Below are positions 31,701 to 41,758 of a stretch of DNA of 41,758 nucleotides, piece by piece. Position 1 is the first letter of the stretch, and every line of letters starts with the position of its first letter. The DNA comes from Bigelowiella natans CCMP2755 (lineage: Eukaryota > Protista > Cercozoa). Under the pieces are notes generated by a model. It was given only the letters and a program-made list of their open reading frames with translations. It did no database searches and was not told the DNA's origin. The position numbers and the translations under genes are program-made. The stretch lies in NCBI GenBank assembly GCA_000320545.1, contig ADNK01000133.1, forward strand, positions 1 to 41,758. Reading direction: 5' to 3'.

Positions 31701-32695
31701 TCAAATGCAGCTCAAAGCTGTTTTCTTCTTCTTCTTCTTTGGCTTCACTGACTCATCAATGGAACACTTCACACTTTTGTTCATTCACGCTCTTAGGAGG
31801 ACATTTGCCAGAGGCGCGACAGATTGCAAATGCTTGTTCCCATCACGTGTGATGCTCACGCCGCGCGTTGTGTCGGTACACACACACATGCACGCGCAAC
31901 GTCAGCAGCTAGAACTGCGCACCAGCCTTTTCTTCATTCGTTCATCGCATGATCGAAGGGCTTCCTCGCTCTCTGTCTCCTTGGAGGGTTGATCAGCTTT
32001 CGCCAACCAGTGGTCGTGCACGAAATGAAAGACAACACAAAATTGGACGATGGACGTCCCAGACAATGACTGGACAAGCCCGAGAACACCTCTTCACGTG
32101 TGAACATGCGACTGGCTGCGAATCTCATGGAGAAAGGAGCCGCCAGCCTAGCAGTGGCAGGCACGCGCATGTGAGGCTGGTGCTTCGGCTCGAAGAGCCT
32201 TTCACTTGTTGCACAGCTCACCGCAGCTCACTGCAGCTCACTGCATGCAATTGTTCTGCATGCATGAGGATGAACGATTGTCTAGTTGTGTGTGCGACGT
32301 CGCACGCTGGTCTGCTGGTGAGTATATGAGCGTCGACACTTGACGAAGCGGCGAGCTGGAATGCAATAGTGCAGCCAGGCGATACACCTGGTTGCTCACG
32401 ATCGAGCTAGTAGACCGTGTGCATGCGGCACAATCATTTGAGTTTTGTTTGGCATATGCATTGAACATTGAACAAGCAAGCATTCGGGTTGACGCTAGGT
32501 AGACTTTGTGCTCCACAATGACACTGCTAGGCTGCGCGGCCGTGTCAATTTGATCAGCTTTGTTGTGAGCAGTTAGCAGCGCATGCTAGAACAATTTCAA
32601 TCAAGAAAGAACAACTACAGTGCTAAAATCAACTTTCACATGTCCTTGCAGTGCGAGGGAATTGTAAAGATCACAGGCAAGATTCAAATAATTAC

Positions 32696-33892
32696 TCAAG
32701 TGTTGAACCCATCGTAAGGGTCCTCATCGCCATTATTCATGCTTGCCGCAAATTCTTCAGCTTGTCTTTGACGAGCGTATGTCCGCGCAGTCTGCCCTGT
32801 AGGCTTCACCTTCTGCATAGACTTTATAAAATCTGTCAGGGTGAGTGGCCTGAGTTTTGTTTTTTTGGGCGTCTCCTTTTTATCTAACTTTGCTCGTATA
32901 TACTCTTTCAGCGGAATCATCGCGCAGGCCTTGCACATTTCCAGCAAATCTGACCCAGAATATCTTTCCGTTAGCTCGGCAACTTTTTCAATGGTGACTC
33001 CCCTGCTATCGTATTCTCCTTTTGTATCCAACTGGTTACCCTTGAGCATATTCTTGAGGATTTGCATGCGGGCCTTCATGTCTGGCATCTTAAACTCGAA
33101 CTTCCTTGGTAATCTCCGCAGTATGGCTTTGTCAATGTCCTCGGGTCTGTTGGTCGCACCTAGCACGATTACTTTCGAGGATGGGTTTTCGATGAGACCA
33201 TCCCATAGACTCATGAACTCTGCTTTCATCGCTAGTGTGGCCTCGTGATCCCGTCCACGTCCGCGCTCGTGCAAGAACGCATCCATCTCATCGATGAAGA
33301 TGACCGAGGGCGCCAGCTTGTGTGCCAGCTTAAATAGCCCTCGGATAAGCCGCACAGAATCTCCAAACCACTTGCTTTGGATGTCTGAGGCCCGTATGTT
33401 GAAGAATGTACTGCCTGAAGACTTGCAGATAGCTTTGGCCATCATAGTCTTTCCCGTTCCAGGAGCCCCAAAGAACAGCATTCCCTTCGGCGGTGAGAGA
33501 AGCTTGCTGCCCTCAAATATCTCAGGATTCTGTAATGGAATCGTGAAGATTTCCTCAATGGCTTCCTTTACGGGCTGGCATCCTCCGATGTCGTTGAGAG
33601 TGACATCAATCTGTTTAGGGAAGGTGATGTGTTCCAGCATAATGGCCTCATACTCCCCCATCTCGGTTCCCCAGCCGTTGTTACGCAGCCGGTTTAATAC
33701 CTCTGGATGGACTATTCTTTTCTTCTTTTTATCCTTTGTCGGGTCCATGTTGTTGAGGAGGTATCGAATCATATACATGCCTCCCACTCCCACAAGAACA
33801 ATCGTTCCGAACTCAAAGAGGTGTGTTGTGAAGGCCTTGCGGTACTCATGGACGTGACGTACCATTCCAGATCCCGGCTTTGTGCCACTCAT
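32696..33892 (-). CDS. MSP1: Msp1/ATAD1-family AAA+ ATPase (membrane protein extractase), intronless
   Basis: N-terminal TM segment, then DIGG, PPKGMLFFGAPGTGKT (Walker A), SKWFGDS, IFIDEMD (Walker B), DHEATLAMKAEFMSLWDG and GATNRPEDIDKAILRRLP. Confidence 0.93.
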   Translation of the reverse strand: MSGTKPGSGMVRHVHEYRKAFTTHLFEFGTIVLVGVGGMYMIRYLLNNMDPTKDKKKKRIVHPEVLNRLRNNGWGTEMGEYEAIMLEHITFPKQIDVTLNDIGGCQPVKEAIEEIFTIPLQNPEIFEGSKLLSPPKGMLFFGAPGTGKTMMAKAICKSSGSTFFNIRASDIQSKWFGDSVRLIRGLFKLAHKLAPSVIFIDEMDAFLHERGRGRDHEATLAMKAEFMSLWDGLIENPSSKVIVLGATNRPEDIDKAILRRLPRKFEFKMPDMKARMQILKNMLKGNQLDTKGEYDSRGVTIEKVAELTERYSGSDLLEMCKACAMIPLKEYIRAKLDKKETPKKTKLRPLTLTDFIKSMQKVKPTGQTARTYARQRQAEEFAASMNNGDEDPYDGFNT

Positions 33893-34285
33893 TTTGTAAT
33901 CCGCGTTTGGTGTGCCAGAAATGCGGAAAGGGAAAGGGAATGGGTGGGGGGGGTCTGGGATTACGTCTTCGTCCTTCCAAGCGAATGTGGCGTGCGTGCG
34001 GGGGATGTCCTTAGGGCGATTTTCGTACTAAATTATGATTGTCGCACTCCAAAAAAACATGCCATTTCATACTTAAACCGGGGTAGTCGGCGCTCACAGG
34101 CCTTGAGAAAACAAGTAGCAAATAGTAGGATGTTCCTGGCTGATAATATTCCCTTTTGATGTACATTGATAGAAGTTTTTGGTCTCCACCGCGAAATCTA
34201 TGTCATGATGAATGTGATGAGTAAGTAGATATATGTTCGATATATTTATACCTAAATCCCGCTTGGACAAGGAAGCTAGAGGAGG

Positions 34286-36945
34286 ATGTCCAGGGCTGTC
34301 GACGAGGACGACGACGATGATGATGTGGCGCCTGCGAAGGGAAGTTGGGATGGAGTAAGAGGGGTGAACGTTCTGGAAAAGAATGGTAAAAAGTTTCAGT
34401 CACTGTCTGGGGTGGATTCGGAAATAACAGGAAAAGGGGGGTTGGGAGTTAATGAAAGAGAGTTCTCGAACGGGCTTTGGCTCACAATGCGATCGCCGAA
34501 GAAGATGGATAAAGGCGGGTCCATGAACGTAGCGGAGAATGAAACTTCGACACAAGAATCAAAAGTCTGGTTCCCACTTGTAGGATTAGGGACTTTCAGA
34601 CTACGGAGCAAAGGGGGAGACAACGTTGTTGAGAACGCAGTCAAGGCGGCGCTAGAATCCGGGTCATAGCCTCAATTACACTTCTTGGTTCAACCCCTTC
34701 ACACAGTTAATGAACCAATAGATGAAAACGCATTCATCTATCATGCGTCATGATCACTCTATGGGGAAGTGGGTTTGTGTTTATGTGATTTGCTATCTCT
34801 CTAAGGTATCGTAGGATAGATACCGCTTCATGCTATCGAAATGAGGTCAAACATACCTACTCGTTATCTCCACAACAGCGAATGATACAACATTTGAGTT
34901 TTATTCACGAAATGAATGTTACTCGCCCACTCGAGACGATTAGTGTTGAATATACCTGCAGGATTTTATCGGCATATTACTCGCCTGCGTTTCTAATTGC
35001 AAATGAATCTATATTCGATGTCAATAATCCGTGGTTTTTTTATCATTATAGCCTAAATCAACTAGTACTTACAGGTCAACATCGGCCAAGCAATCCGGAT
35101 CTCTAAGATTCCTAGGGAAGACATCTTCATCACCTCGAAAGTAGTCAATGGAGACACATACACAGCACCCCCCCCACAAACATGTGCATGTGTGCATGTG
35201 TGTGTATTTATATTGGAGTAATATTCCCTCCTCCACCTTCTTGCACTACATGTGAACAGATTGCACCGAAAGAGATGAAGTCCTTTGAATCAGTGTATTT
35301 CAACTAATCACGATACATATAATACAGTGTAAGCGTATAAATTGTTTTATTCAGAAGGAGATACAAATAACTACTCGCAAAATATTTAGAACTTGTCATC
35401 ATTATTTGCAGACGCGCAGCTGTAAACGGTATACTCACGCGCATTGGAACCTCGTATTTGGACTTGTGCCTCCTTCATTGGCCTGGTGAGATCAACTTCC
35501 CGGCGTTGAAACACCAACACAATTACAAATAAGAAATGAAGAAGGGGGAGAAGAATGAGATGTAAAAGAAGCAAAACTCAGACAGGGATAGGGACACATA
35601 CGTACGCGCAAGTATATATGCTTCAAATATGTTGTCGGTCTACTTTCTGTTATCGATTACCTAGTGTATCTTTTGTTTTTATTGACAAACATACTACTAT
35701 ATCCCCACTTTCCTTACGAATTACTACAAATGAATAATAGGAATAAGCGGTGTAGATGTGAGCTCGAACCTGCATAAGGCTCGCAGAAAAACCGCATGGA
35801 AGGCTCTCGAAAGGTCCGATACATAAGAATTATATGCAATGTTAGGAAGACTATTAGGAAGAATCTATGAAACAGGCCTCATTCGTTCATAGCTCTACAT
35901 AAATTTTTGTGTTACATTTCTCATGCTATCGCTCTTCATTATGTTCTGCTCGGTCTCATTGAGAATCACCGATCTCACCTCTACCATATCTAAACGCGAC
36001 ACTCAGTGTGTTCCCCTGTCTTCCATTCATTCATTCCTCCTATACGCAGCTGCTATATCGAGGGCAAGGTGCGAGCTATTGGCGTGAGCAACTTCGAAAT
36101 CAAGCACTTGAAGCCGGTAGGTCATTGTTATTTATTAGCGAGGGGGTGGGGTGAAGAGAGAGACCAAGGTGATGACGTATGTAAGAGCACACATACATGC
36201 GCATCTTAAAAGCATTTATTATACACAAAGTAAAATGTCAAATCTAATTTCTTATGTCGGATTCGATGTATTTCCACCCCATTCCTCCCCCCTCCCCATT
36301 ACCCTAGCTTGTGGAAGGAGAGGCGAAGATACTGCCGTGCCTTAACCAGATCGAGTGTCACCCCCTCTTCCAGCAACGCTCGTTGCGAGAGTATTGCAAG
36401 AAGAATGACATTATGGTCGTTCCTGCTGCGCTAATGATGTACTTCTATTAACGGGTGATGCAGGCTGTATGTTTTCTCAAGCATGGGTTCTCGTGACTTG
36501 TACGTATGCAAAGTCATGGTTTGTGCTGTAATGGAAATCAGGTCGAGGCGTACAGTTCGTTCGGGGAGGGTAATCTGCTTTCACACCCAAAGATCAAGAG
36601 CATCGCCAGAGGGGAGGAGTCTAGAGAGGGTGGGGAGAAGAAGGAAGAGGCCAATGACAGCACTGTTGGCAGAATGATGACACCTGCAGCGTTACTCCTC
36701 AAATGGGCCTATCACAAAGGTTGTAAGATATTTGAATGGCCTTTCTGGCGTCTGCATACGTTTTAATTGTTGTCTTTTGTCGATCAGGCCTACCTGTAAT
36801 TCCCAAAAGTTCTTCATCAGAACGAATATCTGCCAACATCACTGCATATTTTAAGCAAAAGAAGTTAAGCCCAAAGACCATCACACTCCTTGATGAACTC
36901 GACTGCGGGAAAAAGTTTGCTTGGGATCCAAGACGCATTGCTTGA
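34286..36945 (+). CDS. Aldo/keto reductase, multi-exon
   Basis: PLVGLGTF, GYRRIDTASCYRNE, REDIFITSK, YLDLCLLHWP, GKVRAIGVSNF, NQIECHP, EAYSSFG and VIPKSSSSERISAN, spread across GT-AG exons. Confidence 0.92.
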
Positions 36946-37020
36946 CCATTCCTCATTGCACCACTTGTGATGCATCTTAAATAGTCGTACACACGCCCCA
37001 TCACAATAGGTTCTTCGGTG

Positions 37021-38460
37021 AATGCAATCAACGCGTCCTGCAAATTTGCAATCACATTGCAGATTCGATTCAGTCGATGTGATTGATGATGAATGGTGCA
37101 TCTAGACATGCTCAGGGTCAAATGCATGGCTCAGATTCCGATTGATGCCAGCGCAAGCGATCGAACTTTGCTTGCGATTTTTCCCATTGATGACGCACTG
37201 CAGTGTCCCAATCAGGCACTGCATTGCATCGCATTGAAACAAAAGGGTGGTGGTCATGAGGCTCATGACGTTGTGCACAATGGCGTTCGCCGGCCTTTCG
37301 GCTCATGCGTTGTCAGGAGCGAGGTGACACCTCCAGACCTGTGTCACGCTGGGAGTGCTGCAGTGGTCGCGTGGATGTGCTGCACTTTTCATCCAGTGCA
37401 AGAAACACCACCAAGCATTCTAGCATCATCCCTGAACGAGTGAACAAGTGCAACGAATCTCAACTGATTCCAATGGCAGCTAGTTAGCTAGTGGAACGGA
37501 AAGGACCCTGAATGAACCTCAGTTTGCTTTCCAAGAAGAAGGAAACGAAAAAAAAAAAGAAAGAAAGAAAGAGAGAAAGAAGTTCACTTTGCAAAGTGTT
37601 GCGTGACACTTGCAAATTGCGAAACGCAGGAGAAACAGAATTGGACACAGGAACGAAAGTCAGAAAGCAAGACAGAAACTTTTCCAGTTTGTTGACGGAC
37701 CACACTTCCAATGTGTTGCAAAACTACTTGCAAAACATGAAACGCAGTGCTTCGAGCAACAGCTGGAAACAACGAGGGCCAGCATGGTGCAGAGTGCAAT
37801 GAATTGGCACAGCATGGCTGCATGCACGAACAATGAGCAATGAAGCATTGATGCAAATCCACGTGCACAAGAACCTCACGGAAAAACGTTGAAACAAGCT
37901 AGCAAGCACGTGCACGCCTGCAAACAAACAAACAAACTTCACGAAGAACTGCACTTCCAAAACGCTGTGAGACACTTGCAAAGCACGAAACGCGGTGCCT
38001 CGAACTGACTTCAGTGAGGACTGATTGGCTTTGAAAAAACTTGCACTCCAGCTGTCTAGCTGTTTGGAGCAATGCAATTGGCGGCAACGTGGCAGCGACT
38101 CAAAGCATCTGCTCTTCGAACAACTTCCCAAAGGTTGCATCTGCACGCTGGTCCGCGGCCTGGTCATCCGAAGGAATTCCCAGCAAGACTCATTTGGTGT
38201 TGATGGAGTCGTGAGTTCAGAGGCACGAAGAAAGGAGGTGACAGGCAGGCGAACCAGGTCCCAAGCTAGCAAGGCCACACTCTCACGTTCGAGAACAGTT
38301 TGTTCCTCGCAGCATCCAAGTGAGAACAGTGATGGATGAGGTGGTTGACGCTTTGGACCACTTCAGCTGGGGAAGGCGAGGATGATGAATTGGGGCTAGG
38401 TGAACTGCAATGAACAATGAAGTGTTGAATTTCGCATTGAAGCTACGGCATCCACGTTGA
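37021..38460. repeat. TpA-depleted degenerate repeat block related to 13560-13870
   Basis: Shares caagctagcaag, aactgcacttccaaaac and gaacaatga motifs with the 13.6-13.9 kb block. Almost no TA dinucleotides. Confidence 0.6.
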
Positions 38461-38639
38461 AAATAAATTATTGCAGGGGGAATTTTGACTGCGACAAGTG
38501 AGATTCTCGAAATTAGGCAACGAAATCGATGACATGCATGCCTCGCGCATACACATCCGAATCCAGTGCCAGTGTCCACACCTAGTGTGAGAGGGCAGCC
38601 ATGTCACAACCGCGCAGGGTTAGCCTGGCCACTGCGGAG

Positions 38640-40281
38640 ATGGAGGGTCTCTACAAAGCCGTGGGTGGAAAGGAGATGACGAAGGCGGAGGAGGTGGTGT
38701 TCGTGTGACGTGCGTTGGACAGACAGTTTGAATGTTCGCGAGCACGCTCGGGATTTGTTGATTGTGTATCATTTCACTCACACTCATTGATGTCATGAAT
38801 TGATCGTACTCTTAGCTTAAGTATGCCAAGACCCTTCCGGTAGGGACGAGGGTATTCGTACAGACCCAAGAGTCAAATCTTGTCGTTGTTGGAACAATCC
38901 GGTGAGTGTGTGCGAGCATGATGAGTGTGCGAGTGAATCTATCTTGATTTTGAACGACCTATCTATCATCAATATGCCCTCCTCCTCTTCGAATTCATTA
39001 GTTATAATGGAAGCACCAAGTTCGATCCGCGTCCGCACTGGCTAGGGGTTGAGCTAGATGTCGGTGCAGGTATGGCTCCTGGCAAGTGGATCGCCGATAA
39101 GATAGGAAGAAAGAAAAGAGAAATGGGGCAGGGGGGAAGCGTGAGGAATGCCACTCGCTTTAAGCCATACGGCGGGACTACGACGCCTTTCCGATTTGTC
39201 TTTTCCCCTCCTCCCATCCCAATCATACACCACCTCACATATTGTAATTCCTTCAGGTCGACATCAGGGGACTATCCAGGGTAACGTCAATAAAACACAG
39301 TAGCGCATAAAACACCATTCACTTGTAGAACCGTGAATGCGATTTGCATCTGTCGTAATTACACACGCCACGTTGCTTCATGTCTTCTGCAGGGGTGCAG
39401 TACTTCGAAGCCCTTCGCCCGAAGACGGCCATTTTCTGCCGACCCAAAAACGTCAAACCGGTAACATGAATTGAACGTCGAACCACTCCACTGCCATCAT
39501 AATCTCCCCCCCCCCCCCCCGTCGCACCATTTTAGGTGCCCTCTCAGTTCCGGTTTCTGGGGGTAGAGGACCTCCGAGCTTCCGTAACCGATGCGAACAA
39601 AGCTAAAGACGATCTGAAGAAAGCTGAAAAGGCCGCTGAAGTAGGGATCAAAGCATTAGAGAAGGAGCTCGAGCAGGTAGCAGGAGTGCGTTGTGTGGGT
39701 GTTCGTGTTTGCATTGTATGTAGATGGTACAGCGTAACAAAACCACACAAAAATTTGGTTCAGGAAAAAAATCAATCGGCGAAGACACTAGCAGACATGC
39801 GACAAAAGGTGTGGGTTTCAGGAGAAGTAGCAGTAGCAGTAGCGGTAGATACGTTTTGGGAACATAAAGATGCCGACAACAACGATGCAATGTAGCTCAC
39901 CCCCTTGCCCAATCCCCCCCCCCCCCCTCACGGCAGAATGAGGCTTTGTTAAGCAACTTGACGGAGGAGAAAACGGCCGCAAAGGGGGTAGAGAAGACTA
40001 TGGATGAGCTCAAGGTGAATATTGCTTGCAACCCGTAGTATTCCTGCTTTTGTGTTGATATACTTAGTTAACTCGCACACATTGCTATTTTGTAGGCCAA
40101 GCTTAGTGTGAGCGAAGAGGCAACGAAGAAACATGAAGCCACGATCGTCACGATGAAAGAAGTATGGAATACTGCGTTGTCTACGTCACCTGCCAGCATC
40201 CTTATATGAAGATGATCACTAGAAGTTGCGGGATAATGATGATGATGATGATGATGATGATAACAAATGTTGTGTACTGTC

Positions 40282-40328
<47 letters not shown>

Positions 40329-40977
40329 ATCCGGTGACGCGTGTTGCATCATGAATTTGTCAGGAGAGCAGCAGAGCTGATGGTGAAATCAAGAGGCTAG
40401 AGCAAAAGGCAATACGTCGTTTGCACGTGGTGGATGGTGGTGGATGGTGACGATGACTACTATGTTTGGTGCTAGTTTAATGCGAGCAGTATGGGTGCTG
40501 CAGCAGCCTTATGATAATGTCCCGAGAAAGTCTTCTCTCTCTCTCATTCTCTCCTTCTCATCAGAGAATGATTCTCCATGCACCTCAATTCTTACTGAAA
40601 TGTCTTGATGGTTTCCTGACGTCGATGTGTTTTTCTTCTTATTCTCCTTACTGATACCATTGAAGAATGAGGAGTTACGTCAAAAGGTAGAGGAAGAAAA
40701 GGCGGCTCGTGCAACAACGCAGGTAGATGCTGCTCATTTATGTATTAATAGGGGAAATTGTATGAAAAGATGGTATTTATATTGATTACTTCTTCTTCTT
40801 CTTCATCTTCTTCTTCTGATTATGTACCACCCACTACTAGTAGTAGTAGTAGTAGCACTAATTCTTTCTACTACTAAGTTGATGTGGGCTGCTGCTCTGT
40901 TATACTAGACAACTCTAAAGCAGGCTCAGGCGGTAGCAGATACAAAATTGAAATCGATGCAGAAGGTGTGTGCGTAT

Positions 40978-41023
<46 letters not shown>

Positions 41024-41348
41024 ATAATAGGAAGAAAATGCGACATAATGATGTAGCAGTGGCTACTATGTTTATGTGCTATCGAGGATTTTCTTCCTCA
41101 GCACCAGCACGACCACCACTACCACCACCACCACCACTACCACCAGCAGCAGCAAGAGCAGAGCTTCGATATGCTTCTTTATCTGTAGTATCATTTCATT
41201 GTTTGAAGAAGAAATTTACCCTCAGGAGCAGGAAAAGAACGTTCAGACTATCGATGATCTTGAACGCAAGGTAGTAGGTTCTATCACGATCGTACTAATT
41301 CCTTATATGCCTAAAAGGAAACATGATATTTTGTATTTTATTTTATGT

Positions 41349-41391
<43 letters not shown>

Positions 41392-41596
41392 GATGAGAGG
41401 ATGCACGCAACTAGCTCTTGGTGCTAAAGTTGATGATTTTCTCCTCGTTATCACCATCATCATCATCGTCACCATCATCACCACCATCATCACCCTGATC
41501 AGGTAGAGGCATTGAAGCGTACGCTGCAGGAGGAACAAACGTCTAGCAAAAGCTCGCAGGGGAATATATATCATCATGCAAAGAAAAACGATGGCG

Positions 41597-41642
<46 letters not shown>

Positions 41643-41758
41643 TAGTGATACATGCAGGAGATTTACAAATGTACGAATTGCTGTTCTCACATCTTCTTCA
41701 ATAGCTACTACTGCCCTCTGCCCTAAAGAATCATCTGCCGCTAAAACTTCATCGTGAC
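38640..41758 (+). CDS. CAP-Gly domain plus long coiled-coil protein (CLIP-170/p150Glued-like), partial, many short exons
   Basis: Short exons splice to VVGTIR...GVELDVGA/GRHQGTIQ/GVQYFEALRPKTAIFCRPKNVKP (CAP-Gly consensus). These are followed by coiled-coil exons (DANKAKDDLKKAEKAAEVGIKALEKELEQ, NEELRQKVEEEKAARATTQ, EQEKNVQTIDDLERK). The gene runs off the window. Confidence 0.75.

Noticed and set aside
45-41640. Numerous (CA)n, (GA)n, (TA)n, (GAT)n, (TAG)n tracts and the low-complexity ORFs they create
   Set aside because: These are ordinary intronic microsatellites; the poly-HT, -RE, -IY and -CV ORFs are artefacts. They are used here only as a control showing TA survives inside genes.

Overview
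Eukaryotic, intron-rich nuclear DNA with microsatellite-filled introns; the style suggests a protist, possibly a chlorarachniophyte/cercozoan (inference only). Host genes, in order: a partial Ser/Pro-rich single-pass membrane protein, WASH1, an HMG-box protein, tRNA-Asp(GTC), a type II/gamma-like PI4-kinase, a small Tim (twin CX3C), a coiled-coil orphan, an EF-hand protein, an intronless Msp1/ATAD1 AAA ATPase, an aldo-keto reductase and a partial CAP-Gly/coiled-coil protein. A 5.53-kb Ty3/gypsy LTR retrotransposon (14538-20067, minus strand, apparently identical 326-bp LTRs, TTCA target-site duplication) sits inside a decayed LINE. It lacks the RT YxDD core and has a degenerate Dam-like adenine-methyltransferase-type domain where a chromodomain often sits. 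The strongest unexplained signal is in the repeat/intergenic blocks (about 12.7-14.5 kb, 20.07-20.27 kb, 31.7-32.3 kb, 37.0-38.46 kb). These have lost almost all TpA dinucleotides, apparently to TG/CA, and the survivors are nearly all in CTAG or the half-sites CTA/TAG. This looks like a repeat-targeted A-to-G / T-to-C hypermutation process, opposite in direction to fungal RIP. Genes, intronic (TA)n tracts and the young LTR element are untouched.
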